From Eledone cirrhosa (Eukaryota): a DNA stretch of 64,000 nt. Location of the stretch: positions 43,090,001 through 43,154,000 of the forward strand of contig OZ024753.1 of NCBI GenBank assembly GCA_964016885.1. The letters run 5' to 3'. This document shows positions 12,796 to 25,470 of the stretch, piece after piece; within the stretch, counting starts at the first letter, position 1, and each line of letters opens with the position of its first letter. Under the pieces are notes generated by a model. That model made no database searches and was not told the origin of the DNA. It saw nothing but the letters and a program-made list of their open reading frames with translations. Made by a program: the position numbers and the translations under genes.

Positions 12796-13303
12796 AGACA
12801 GTATATAACATCAAGTAATTAGATCAACATAATAAACCACATATATAGTCAGGATTGGTTCAGAAGTAGTTTCTTTGTCAATGATTCAACATTTTCAGCA
12901 TTCAAAAACATTTTAAATATAATTTACATTTATTTTATTCTATGCATTTTTTTTTTTTTTGTAAATCTCCACGAAATATCTAAACAATTTGTAACAATTT
13001 GTAACAATTGTTTATTTATGTAAATATATTTATTTATCCATTTTTCTTCGTAGAATATGCAAACAACTTATAGAACAAGTTGTAAAAACTCAGTCCCAAA
13101 ATTTATCAACCTTATTACCATAACTGTTTCAAGAAACAAAAAACTATTTCTTTACAATATACATTTAATATCAATAATGTAGAGTAAGTGAATCTAACTT
13201 CATTAATTTGAAACTTTCTAGTGTAAGATACAAATGGAGATAACAGCTGTAAAAGTGTTTTATTTTAAATAGTAAACATTTATCAATATTCTGTGTGTGT
13301 GTG

Positions 13304-13350
<47 letters not shown>

Positions 13351-13724
13351 AAGAATAACACAATGAAACAAAGATAGCTATAGAAGTAAAATAGAGGAGA
13401 ATACACAAACTTGATGATAATAATAATAATAATAATGATATAGATAAATAGAGTTTGAGTCACAAGATCCGAGACCTCGTTCACTTACTGAGTGGGGTGG
13501 AACTTGTCAAATTGAACTCTGAGGAAACAATGTTTTCATTGGTTTTTCCATTGCTGATACTATCTACTAGTCACAACTAAACAATAATAAAAATAATAAT
13601 AATAATAATATGCAAAGTCTAAACACCTAAAGATGCATATGTGTATGCATGTTCTTTGTTGTCGCTTGAGGTCACTGGTTGTGACTTGGTGATAACTTGT
13701 ATGAACATAAAGCAAGATAAATGA

Positions 13725-13755
<31 letters not shown>

Positions 13756-13951
13756 GTGATTTTTTAATTTTTTATTTGCCAAAAAGGCCTCAGATGGAGA
13801 CATTAGAAAGACAAGTTACTCCAAGAAGCAGAAATGAAAGACAATTATATGAAATAATCAGTATTCCTAGCACAGAGAGATGAATACCTGAGGCTAAATG
13901 AGAACCACAACAGATTCACACTCACCTGACCACCAAATATTATATATTTAT

Positions 13952-14062
13952 AAATCCCACCGAGGTTAACTTTACCTTTCATCCTTACGGGGTCGATAAA
14001 ATAAAGTACCAGTAATACACTGGAATAATTGCTGGCCTTGTGCCAAAAGTAGAAACAATTAT
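13952..14062 (+). mobile_element. SINE type A 3' half
   Basis: aaatcccaccgaggttaactttacctttcatccttacggggtcgataaaataaagtaccag…agaaacaatt. Confidence 0.85.
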
Positions 14063-15829
14063 ATATTTATAGAGAACGTCTATAAAAATAATCCTGGAAT
14101 GAAAATATCTAATAAATTGTAGCCAAAATAATTCCCATGAATGTCTTACATTATGAAAAGATAACTAGAAAAGCTCCATTATAACTTATAAGAATATGAC
14201 AAATCACATTAACCCTATACATGAGAATATATTAGTACAGCCACCTTGAAAACTAAAAAAACAGTACTATGACTGCATCACATTAAAAATTAAAGTATTT
14301 ATTCTAACAATATATAAACATTTGAACTAACAAACCATATGAAACCATATTAGCAAGATATTCTTGAAACTGTTTCTCATTAAAAATTAAAGCATTCACT
14401 CTGACACTGAATTTTCACATTTTGTTTCTCTAGTAAAAATAACAATCTTTTAAATTAACAAACCTGATTTTAGATATTTTCTACTAAATTATTGCAAGTT
14501 GGAATGAGTTAATATGGCATCTCTTTGAATACTGACCTTTTAAATTTTGTATAAATATCCACACTGACACACTTCTTGAGAAAATTGGTAAAGGTGTGGA
14601 ACTAAGAAGATTCTAGAGGGTTAGAACCACAAAGATTGGTAGAGGTGTGGAACTAAGAAGACCAGTAGAGGGTTAGAATGAAATAAATGATGCTGCTATT
14701 GCCAAACAAATATATATTCCATCATGAATATAAATCTGCTAACACATGATATTTCATTTTCAGTGTATGAATAATTTTAACCACTCCACTGTTTAATGCA
14801 AGAATTTAGTATTCCTAATCTATACAATTATACAACTTCTGCATGTGTTGGACCTGTCAATTAGGAGTACATGTGTCCCATGTGTTTTAATCAACAAAAC
14901 AGCCTGCTTGTGAAATTAATGAGCAAGTGGCTGAGCATACGTATGTATCTATATCTCTATTCTTAATATTGGTGGTCATAAGGATGAGCATGCAATACTA
15001 GAGTAGCGATTAATATATTCTTTATAAAGACCCAGTTTGAGTTTTGTTACACCAGAGTCTCTCCTGTGTACTCACAGGCTCATCAAGCAAGACTAATATA
15101 ACTCTCTCTATTACAGTGGTTCCCAAGCATTTCTCTCTCAAGGACCTCTTTTATTTGAATGAATTTTCCTCCCCCTGACACACCACTGTTATTACATCCT
15201 ACCACATTGTTATAATGGATAATAACAATTGTGACAAAGAAATATTTATATTAGAGAAGAATAAACAACCGATTGTGTGAGTATATTACGTTCATAACAA
15301 TGTACTTTAAAATGTTCAACTTAGCTCAGGAACATACAGGGGTCCACAAACCTCAGCTGGGGAACCTCAACATTATTTACTGAACACACACACATTTACC
15401 TATAAATATACATCAGCCAGGTCAACACACTACACCATCCTACTAAGGCTTCAACATCTAGACAGATATCTATAATATAAGTGTAGTGACAAAGTGGTCT
15501 AACTTTCAGATGACAGCTAGAAAAAGACCAAGAAGAATCCTTGCTAGTTTACTAGAGAAGATTTAATACATATATAAATATATATATATATATGTTGTGA
15601 CGGCGATGAATTTGTTTTGCAAGATTTTTTATATGAAATCGTGTGTTGAAACAAATATTGTTATTATTATTATTCCTGGCAATATTATAACAATATGACC
15701 CTCCCCGAATATATAAAAGTTAATTTTAGGTTTAATCTATAGATATAAAATATATATTGATAATGTTTCTCAGTAAAAAAGCTCAATAAACTTCTGTTTA
15801 GAGCATCTATAATATATTTATAAAGGGTA

Positions 15830-16055
15830 TATATATGGATATATCAATTGAGAAACAAACTAGTATTTTGTATATATATATAAAGCAAATGATATGTAGA
15901 TTTACATACAAGTTTATAACATAGTACTGTACTTAGAAAGTATTTATCTAAGTACAGCACTATGTTTTAAATTTGTATTTAAATCTACATATCCTTTGCT
16001 TTATATATGTATACACAATACTAGTTTGTTTCTCAATTAATATATCCATATATAT
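15830..16055. repeat. Long palindrome (~105-bp arms, ~10-nt loop)
   Basis: tggatatatcaattgagaaacaaactagtatt…ctgtacttaga, then tctaagtacag…aatactagtttgtttctcaattaatatatcca. Confidence 0.9.
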
Positions 16056-16069
16056 ATTGTTTCTAATTA

Positions 16070-16372
16070 TTGTTATATTTTGGGAGGGTCATGCTGCCAA
16101 TAAAAACACATGCACCTGTTGGGTTTCACTTTAATTTATTATAAACTAGTTGGTTAGTCTAATAACTGGATGGTTGTTTAGTTGTTGTTGATTGTCAAAG
16201 TAGTCACTAAGGAGGTTACAGAATGTGTGATAAAAGAACTTTGATAATCAACAACAATTAAACAACCATCTGGTTAGTAAACTAACCGACTGGGAGTTTA
16301 TGATAAACTGAATTGAAACATAACAGGTGCGTGTGTTTTTATTAGCAGCATGACCCTCCCAAAGTATAACAA
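16070..16372. mobile_element. Fold-back copy of Penelope-like family 1 with a decayed hammerhead
   Basis: Inverted arms ttgttatattttgggagggtcatgctg and cagcatgaccctcccaaagtataacaa. Degenerate core agtca CTAAGGA ggttacagaatgtgtgat AAAA gaact at 16202-16245. Confidence 0.75.
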
Positions 16373-16928
16373 TATATGTATATATAGGCAGTTTTAACAG
16401 ATGACAAAATCCAATACATTAAAATCAAACACCGATCAACAACCTATGAAGTATATGCAGCAGGTCTTGGGAAAAAGATATATTAAATTTGAAAATATAG
16501 TAGCCACAATGCAGATAACTATAATAATATTTGATAACTATAAATAATGGCTGACTAAGTTGGGTAAAGTACTGCTGCTGCAGGTAACAGAACTACACAT
16601 ATATTTACCACCAGATGGCGCATCTAATACACACAGAAACACTAATTGTGGAATGATTAATAACACACATTGGAGCATAACTACGCATACACAGTGGTAT
16701 GCACTACACACAGACACAGTGGCATGACACATACGTACACACATCAGATAACAAAACAAGGGAGGTGTCAAGAGAGGAGACCTGTTACAGACTTCGCAAC
16801 AAGTTGGATGTGAAATAAGAACAAGAACTAAAGTCATGTTTACTGTTCATTTCATTTGGCAAATGACACTCCCATTTGTGTGTGTATGTATATATATATA
16901 TATATATATATGTATATACATATGTATA

Positions 16929-16966
<38 letters not shown>

Positions 16967-17053
16967 CATATATATATGTATATATATATGTGTGTGTATA
17001 TATATATAATATAGAAAACGAAGAATCAGTGATGCATCGGAACACAATTTATT

Positions 17054-17146
17054 ACGTATTACAAATGTTTCTCCGGTGAACGGCTTGAGGTGCGATCTGT
17101 TTGGGGGTCGAACCTGACTCTGGATTCGCAAGTTCCTCAGATACGT
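17054..17146 (-). ncRNA. Type-I hammerhead motif with an extended (~60 nt) domain II
   Basis: Minus strand reads acgtat CTGAGGA [acttgcgaatcc…accgga] GAAA catttg TA atacgt. Stem I is a perfect 6 bp with a GUA triplet. The ~160-bp island is flanked by (TA)n on both sides. Confidence 0.65.
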
Positions 17147-17168
17147 CTAGTGATTTCGAAGCAAATCC

Positions 17169-17234
<66 letters not shown>

Positions 17235-17379
17235 ACTACACACATACAAACATATATGCAGGGAGAAAAGATGGTAAATGATGTAGATTATGATATATAT
17301 ACGAATATATATGCATACTCATATATATATATATTTATATATATATATATATGTGCGTGTGTGTGTATATATATATATA

Positions 17380-17670
17380 GTGGTGAATTGGCCGAGTCAT
17401 TAGAAAGTTGGGAAGAATGCTTTGTGATATTCATTATAGTTTTCTGTGCTCCGTGTTCAAACCCCCCTGCTTGAGGTTGATATACCAGTTCAGTACTGGG
17501 GTTGATTCTTCCTCTATATCTCTTTATCATTTCTTCTCCATCACTCTCTCCTTCTCTGTGAGAAATCGGCTGTGTTCAAACCTGGAGGAGAATAGATGGC
17601 CTCTACCAGGTTTAAAATACCCATGAATTATTGTTGCTTGGTACATCTATGTCTTCACCAGGAGTTATGG
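17380..17670 (+). mobile_element. Diverged tRNA-derived SINE (type A head, different tail)
   Basis: ggtgaattggc…gttcaaaccc head. The tail aligns with 59465-59580 plus 59810-59872. Confidence 0.6.
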
Positions 17671-17734
17671 GTCTCTACATATATATATATAAAATATATA
17701 TATATATGCATATATTTATGCATATCTATATCTA

Positions 17735-17776
<42 letters not shown>

Positions 17777-18052
17777 CACATGTGTGTCTCTAATTGTATC
17801 CACCTTGAAAGAATACTTCCATCTATATATATATATATAATATCTTATTTTGTTTGACCTGTTTAGCTTGTTCGCTTTTTTGGCTCTGGTGGTTAATGGC
17901 TTCTTAACCATCGTCTCAGTTTGTACGACCTTTTTAACTTATGTTTATAGCTCTGGTATCTTCATATCCATGGAGCACTTGTCTGCACAATACGGAAGTT
18001 GCGTTTCGCTAATTTCTACCCGCCGAAATGCGATTCTCGCTAAATTTATATT

Positions 18053-18084
<32 letters not shown>

Positions 18085-19102
18085 TATTTTTCCATTTCAT
18101 TTACAGATAACATTTTTTCTTCTTTTCTTTTCTTTGTGAATTTCTTTCAATGGCTGGCTGGCTTAGTTTTCCTTCAATTGGATGAGTTATTCATTCATTC
18201 ATTTCATTCATCATCAAAATCATTCACAGGAAGAAAGCAAGAACGAGAGAACGCTCTTTGGATGAAATCTTGTAACTTCTCTTTTTTTTTTTTTTTAACC
18301 AAGAAAAAAAAGCCGGGAAATGTTTGAAATGGAAAGAAAAAAAATTGATATATGAAGCACATTGACTCAATAGATTTTTGAAAAAGTTGGATAAAATCTG
18401 GTAAATCTTTTTTTATTTTTTTTTTTTTTGCCACGAGTAAGCCTGAGGTATGTCCGAAATGGGAAGAAAAATCGATATATGAACCACACTGACACAACTA
18501 TTGGCTTACGGATGCTATCAACTGAATAAATTGTTGCCAAAAAACAGGACTTTAATCAGAAGATTAAAAAAAAAAAAATAATAAATAAATATATAAATTG
18601 AAAAAAAAATAATAATAAAATAAAATAAATAATTACAAACAATATTACAAAACAACATTATTAATAATAACAATAATTATAATACAAGAAATAATATTTT
18701 TTGTTGAGAATGTTTTCCTTACAAACATGTTATATACATTCTTGATATACTACGCATGAATTTCATTGAATGTACACCCATACAAACAGAATATTATAAT
18801 TCATTTTGTCTAAAATGAAATAAAGTTTAACAAAATAAAAATAAAAATACAAGAAACAAATATAATTGTTGTTATCTTCATTTAAAAAAAAAAATATTTA
18901 TTTAAATATTTTTTGAAGGTTTTTGGTGAGATTTTTTTTTCAGTCAAGTGATACTGAATGCCTGAACGTAATTCTCAGGGAGATTCAGTGTAGTACAGTG
19001 TGTGTCATGGCTGACCCTTTTAAATTTCAGGTACAGTCTTGTAGATGTAGAATAAAACAGAGTGTAGATAATTTGTGGGAGGAATATATATATGTATGTA
19101 TG

Positions 19103-19139
<37 letters not shown>

Positions 19140-19286
19140 GTTTATATATATATATATTTGTTTATATATATATTTGTTTATATATATATATATTTATGTG
19201 TATGTATATATATATATATATATATGTGTATATATATATATATGTGTGTATATATATATATATATATTTATATGTGTATGTATATA

Positions 19287-19321
<35 letters not shown>

Positions 19322-19842
19322 GTGCGTGTGTATATATATATACATACGTTCAGATTAAAGAGAGGTGAGAGGGAAATTAATTGTTTTATTTATTTACTTA
19401 TATGAAACAAGGAACAAGATGCCAGGAAAGAAATTAAAATATTTGCCGTCGTTAAAAAAATAAAAATCGGCCATTACTCCTCCCATGATGCAACGGGGCA
19501 GGTAAATAATTTGACGATATAGCGACATCAGTTCCTCAAATTTCTCTGAGCCGAAATCTCAAGAACGATAACTCTGTCTTTACTTAATTGCAAAAATGGG
19601 TGCAAAAAAGTTTTTCAGTTGGGAACGTTTTGTGTGATTGATGATTGTATTGTATGAACATCTCTCTCTCTCTCTCTCTCTCTTTGTATATATATATATA
19701 TATAGTAATTAATGACTATCTTTCACTATTTAGGGTTTGTATAAAAAATATATTACCATAAAAGGTTTTATTACATACATAACCATAAATAGTATCCTTA
19801 ATACTATATATATATATATATATAAATAATTACTTAACATGT

Positions 19843-19925
19843 TATACGGAGAGTTTAACCTCTCCGTATAATATATTGGCGACGGGAGAATCCATCATAT
19901 ATTATACGGAGAGGTTAAACTCTCC

Positions 19926-19930
<5 letters not shown>
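19843..19930. repeat. Nested palindrome (hairpin of hairpins)
   Basis: tatacggagag tttaac ctctccgtata, spacer, then tatacggagag gttaaa ctctccgtata. Confidence 0.9.
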
Positions 19931-19962
<32 letters not shown>

Positions 19963-20434
19963 ATATATTGAGTTAAAAACTCACAATAATTCCTTATAAT
20001 TAAAATAGCTCAAGGAAAAAAAATTTCCGAGTCTTATAATTCTTAGTATTTACAACACCCTAGCCGTTTAGGTCCCCTGTGATTTGAACGCATATATGTA
20101 TATATCTGTGTTTGTTTCTCTTTATTATATATAATATATATATATATATCATCATCAGCACCGTTTTACGTCCGTACACATGATGGACTTCCCCGTCGCC
20201 ACAAGTTAAATGTGAGAAAGTGAACTGATGTTGAACTACCCACACAAAGTTTTGTTTTAAGTGGTGAAGGCTTGTGTAGGACCAACCACACCTTCTGGAA
20301 CTGGCGACACATATCTTCGGTGCAACTGTTTGCCACGGAAAATACGACGACAGCCTTTTATGCTTTGGAGTTTAACCTCTCCGTATAATAAAAAAAAAAA
20401 AAATACCAGGTTATCTTGAACAGTGTTTATTACA

Positions 20435-20635
20435 CAGCTGTCTTCCACACAGTTTGTGTGGATTGTGCAGTCGTTGGGATCCACAAAGTTGTAACGATGG
20501 TTACCCACTGTATGTTGTGGGAGGGCATTGTATGACTGACATCGGTTACAATGCGAGTACTGGGACAAACGTACTGAGGCAATCAATGATGGGTAAAAGG
20601 GTCTCTGCATCTCGTTGGTCCACAGGTACCATCAT
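20435..20635 (-). pseudogene. Frameshifted Merlin/IS1595-family (ISXO2-like DDE) transposase fragment
   Basis: Three minus frames give MMVPVDQRDAETLLPII, QYVCPSTRIVTD and SYNALPQHTVGNHRYNFVDPNDCTIHTNCVEDS. These match the R…TL..II…I.(S/T)D…Y..L…H..VNH..FVDP…HT..IE signature. Confidence 0.85.
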
Positions 20636-21169
20636 TGTCACATTGGTATACAAGCATGCGGACGACTACTAGCCATGCTAACAAATAACTGAAAATCAAG
20701 ACAACGATTATTATTCATTAAATTTAACAAAAATAAAAAAAATTAAATAATTTAAAATTAATTACATTAAAAAAATAAAATAAAAATTGAACACAGGGAA
20801 GTTCAAGAAAAGCAATCGGATATATAACAACAACAACGATAACAATAGACAGAACAACAACAACAATATCTAACAACATTGACATACAGACATGTGATTA
20901 AGATAAGACGAGATCGTAATAGACACACACACACACACACACACATACTCACACACACACACACACTCTGATATAGGAATGATGTACGTCTCACACACAC
21001 AGAGAGAAATGAAACTAGGGTTACAAGGTTCAAACCAACCCTTGGTAGGTGAGCAACATGGTAAACAAAGATGTGGTGTCGTTCATGCCTTTCTTAGTGC
21101 TGTTAGTCAAATTTTATTTTTTAGTAATAAAACAAGAATTCTCGTCGTCGTAACCGACGGAGTACCACT

Positions 21170-21218
<49 letters not shown>

Positions 21219-21457
21219 CTCTCTTTATATACATATATATGAGTTAAGCAATTAATTATTGATATATCAAAGAAAACGTTCCCAACTGAAAAACTTTTTT
21301 GCACCCATTTTTGCGATTAAGTAAAGACAGAGTTATCGTTCTTGAGATTTCGGGCTCAGAGAAATTTGAGGAACTGATGTCGCTAAATCGTCAAATTATT
21401 TACTTGCCCCGTTGCATCATGGGAGGAGTAATGGCCGATTTTTATTTTTTTAACGAC

Positions 21458-21734
21458 GGCAAATGTTTTAATTTCTTTCCTGGCATCTTGTTCCTTGTTT
21501 CATATAAGTAAATAAATAAAACAATTAATTTATTCCCCACCCTTCTTTAATCTGAACATCAAATGACCCGGGGTGCGGGAGCAAGGGTAAATAGAAATCC
21601 CTAAACCGGTGTCACAATTTTACACTATTACTCTGAAAACAATGTCGGATATTATAATTATTTTGAAGTTTTATTTATCTTCTATCGCAGGACTTTCTGT
21701 ATTTATAATTATATACCACTATAGTGTACATTGG

Positions 21735-21765
<31 letters not shown>

Positions 21766-22487
21766 ACGAAGGAAATGTGGTAAGGAACCAGATGGACCAT
21801 AACGCACCAAAGTACTCCTTTGGGTAGTAGAGTGGGTAATAGGAACAAGTATGACCCCGACGGCAGAGCTCAAGCCGTTTCGACGGCTAATAGCCGGCGA
21901 AACGGCTTGAGCTCTGCCGTCGGGCTCATGGTAGTGAGACATGGGCAGCAACTGCAGAGGATATGCGACGGCTGGAGAGAAATGAGGCAAGCATGCTCCG
22001 TTGGATGTGCAGTGTAAATGTGCGTGAACGACCCAGCATAAATGTGTTGAGAGAGAAACTGTGTCTGAGAGGGATAGAATGTAGTGTACAGGAGAGGAGA
22101 CTGAGGTGGTATGGACATGTGATGCGCATGGAGGATGACCGATGGGTGAAGAAGTGCCAGGAATTGCCAGTTGAAGGAAGACGTGGTAGAGGTAGACCAC
22201 GAAAAACATGGGCAAATGTTTTAATTTCTTTCCTGGCATATTGTTCCTTGTTTCATATAAGTAAATAAATAAAACAATTAATTTACTCCCCACCCTTCTT
22301 TAATCTGAACATCAAATGACCGGGGGTAGGGGAGCAAGGGTAAATAGAAATCCCTAAACCGGTGTCATAATTTTACACTATTACTCTGAAAACAATGTCG
22401 GATATTATAATTATTTTGAAGTTTTATTTATCTTCTATCGCAGGACTTTCCGTATTTATAATTATATACCACTATAGTGTACATTGG

Positions 22488-22549
<62 letters not shown>

Positions 22550-23274
22550 CGAAGGAAATGTGGTAAGGAACCAGATGGACCATAAAGCACCAAAGTACTC
22601 AATACTTTGGGTAGTAGAGTGGGTAATAGGAACAAGTATGACCCCAACGGCAGAGCTCAAGCCGTTTCGACGGCTAATAGCCGGCGAAACGGCTTGAGCT
22701 CTGCCGTCGGGCTCATGGTAGTGAGACATGGGCAGCAACTGCAGAGGATATGCGACGGCTGGAGAGAAATGAGGCAAGCATGCTTCGTTGGATGTGCAGT
22801 GTAAATGTGTGTGAACGACCCAGCATAAATGTGTTGAGAGAGAAACTGTGTCTGAGAGGGATAGAATGTAGTGTACAGGAGAGGAGACTGAGGTGGTATG
22901 GACATGTGATGCGCATGGAGGATGACCGATGGGTGAAGAAGTGCCAGGAATTGCCAGTTGAAGGAAGACGTGGTAGAGGTAGACCACGAAAAACATGGGC
23001 AAATGTTTTAATTTCTTTCCTGGCATATTGTTCCTTGTTTCATATAAGTAAATAAATAAAACAATTAATTTACTCCCCACCCTTCTTTAATCTGAACATC
23101 AAATGACCGGGGGTAGGGGAGCAAGGGTAAATAGAAATCCCTAAACCGGTGTCATAATTTTACACTATTACTCTGAAAACAATGTCGGATATTATAATTA
23201 TTTTGAAGTTTTATTTATCTTCTATCGCAGGACTTTCCGTATTTATAATTATATACCACTATAGTGTACATTGG

Positions 23275-23336
<62 letters not shown>

Positions 23337-23784
23337 CGAAGGAAATGTGGTAAGGAACCAGATGGACCATAAAGCACCAAAGTACTCAATACTTTGGGTA
23401 GTAGAGTGGGTAATAGGAACAAGTATGACCCCAACGGCAGAGCTCAAGCCGTTTCGACGGCTAATAGCCGGCGAAACGGCTTGAGCTCTGCCGTCGGGCT
23501 CATGGTAGTGAGACATGGGCAGCAACTGCAGAGGATATGCGACGGCTGGAGAGAAATGAGGCAAGCATGCTTCGTTGGATGTGCAGTGTAAATGTGTGTG
23601 AACGACCCAGCATAAATGTGTTGAGAGAGAAACTGTGTCTGAGAGGGATAGAATGTAGTGTACAGGAGAGGAGACTGAGGTGGTATGGACATGTGATGCG
23701 CATGGAGGATGACCGATGGGTGAAGAAGTGCCAGGAAATGCCAGTTGAAGGAAGACGTGCTAGAGGTAGACCACGAAAAACATG
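21458..23784 (+). repeat. Composite tandem triplication (units start 21458, 22211, 22998)
   Basis: Each unit is an inverted-repeat-arm fragment, (TA)n, a hairpin element and an RTE fragment. Periods are 753 and 787 bp. Confidence 0.95.
21765..21929. mobile_element. Hairpin-terminated short element family 2 (putative Penelope-like pLTR fragment)
   Basis: aacgaaggaaatgtggtaaggaaccagatggacc…atgaccccgacggcagagctcaagccgtttcg-acggctaatagccgg-cgaaacggcttgagctctgccgtcggg. Other copies at 22548, 23335, 26531-26676, 54153-54353 and 61793-61917. Confidence 0.7.
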
Positions 23785-23940
23785 GGTGGAGGTGGTGAGA
23801 ACAGACCTCAGATCATTGAAGCTCACGGTGGAGATGACGAGGGACCGTGACGAGTGGAGAGATGCTGTGCTGAATAAAACCCGTCCCACCCTTGCAAGCA
23901 GGGAAAAGCGGACGTAAAATGATGATGATGATGATGATGA
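23501..23940 (+). mobile_element. RTE-clade LINE 3' end (open frame to stop at 23915-23917, then (GAT)n tail)
   Basis: HGSETW…RRLERNEASMLRWMC…RRLRWYGHVMRM…VEGRRARGRPRKTW is the typical RTE C-terminus. Truncated copies at 21927-22210 and 22714-22997. Confidence 0.92.
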
Positions 23941-23967
23941 TATATATATAAATGAAAATAGAGAAAT

Positions 23968-24040
23968 TAATTGTTTCTACTTTTGGCACAAGGCCAGAAA
24001 TTATCCAGTACATTACTGGTACTTTATTTTATCGACCCCG
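23968..24040 (-). mobile_element. SINE type A 3' fragment
   Basis: ttgtttctacttttggcacaaggccag…actggtactttattttatcgacccc. Confidence 0.8.
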
Positions 24041-24424
24041 ATATTTATGTGAGCAAGAAGCCAACAGTATTTCATAATATATAAGTGACTAAAACGTCGA
24101 AATGGAAAATATTTAACGTAAGATATGGGAAAATAATTCAAACTCAATTCAAAGAAAATCAAGACATAAATTTTATCCACAGATTTTGTGAAATCCAGGG
24201 AAAAAACGAATAGAATCTTAACTCAGAATGAAATAAAGTTTAAATACTTATCCTTCAATTTGGAAAAACTACAAATGCTCTATATAGTCTTAAAAAGACT
24301 ATTTCACGAAACTTTTCAGTGGGATTAGTCACGGTTGGAATCGTTCATGAGTAGAGCTCAAAACACATATATATAAAACACACACATATATATATATATG
24401 TATATATATACATATATATATATA

Positions 24425-24466
<42 letters not shown>

Positions 24467-24476
24467 TATATGTATG

Positions 24477-24533
<57 letters not shown>

Positions 24534-24584
24534 GTATGTCAATATATATGTATGTATATATATATATATATGTATGTATGTCAA

Positions 24585-24730
24585 TAATGGTCACAAGTGT
24601 AGTGTTTGTACCAGAGTTTTCAAGTCGCTGGCTGGACTAAAAAGTCACACTCGTTCAGCGCATCGGTAGGGGTTCTCCTACATGGATATAAAGTAGTGGC
24701 TGTACTCGAAAACGAGTTGGCAGCCACCAT
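24585..24730 (+). mobile_element. LINE (RTE/BovB-like) 3' end with C-terminal C2H2-type finger
   Basis: [25 protein letters not shown] followed by a short 3' tail with inverted ends (gtggctg…cagccac), embedded in microsatellites. Confidence 0.6.
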
Positions 24731-24733
24731 ATG

Positions 24734-24803
<70 letters not shown>

Positions 24804-25259
24804 CATTATATATATATATAGCCCTAGTCTCAACCTTATAAATAAGACAGCCTTAAGAAGATGAAATATTTTAGTTAGAAGTGGTAGGTAAAAAGCAATT
24901 TCAACAGATAGAAACCATAGTACTCACTAGAGCAGAGAATGTAGAAGGAATGACATTTGAGAATTAGGGAATAGACAGGTTGTGATTAGGTATAAATTGT
25001 TGTGGGACAAATACTTAGATCTTCCTATATTAACATGTTAGGTGACTCAAGCTAGCAACTGTTAAGCCAATAAACATTTCGTTATTGTAATGTGTGTGAC
25101 AAAGTCCTGCTGGAAAATGTATCTTTTCTGGATGCCTAAATATTTTTGAAAATGCTTAAACTTTACACAGCCCTCTCTAAGTTATCTTAGCTGTATCATA
25201 TAAGTGGTACTCTTTTACATACATAAACATGTACACATCCATACTCATACATATGCACA

Positions 25260-25325
<66 letters not shown>

Positions 25326-25386
25326 ATACACACACACACATATATATATATAATATAGATATGTAATAAACAACATAAGATAATTA

Positions 25387-25446
25387 TTTCATTTACCAGT
25401 GGTTTCTTGAAAGCAAACAAATTTGCTTTCAGTCATCAGAATGAAA
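25387..25446 (-). ncRNA. Type-I hammerhead ribozyme motif (most complete example)
   Basis: tttcatt CTGATGA c tgaaagcaaa tttg tttgctttca a GAAA cc act gg TA aatgaaa. Stem I is 7 bp, stem II is 10 bp, helix III is short, and the triplet is GUA. Confidence 0.8.
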
Positions 25447-25470
25447 AAATCCTGGTCTTTTTTCAGGATT

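Larger units (their letters stand above)
19348..21557. mobile_element. ~285-bp inverted repeats (19348-19631 and 21273-21557) enclosing a Merlin transposase remnant
   Basis: gttcagattaaaga…cagttgggaacgtttt is the near-exact reverse complement of aaaacgttcccaactg…tctttaatctgaac. Confidence 0.8.

Noticed and set aside
24590-24669. Host C2H2 zinc-finger gene
   Set aside because: It is a single finger with no linker or splice acceptor, followed by a LINE-like 3' tail, so a retroelement end fits better.
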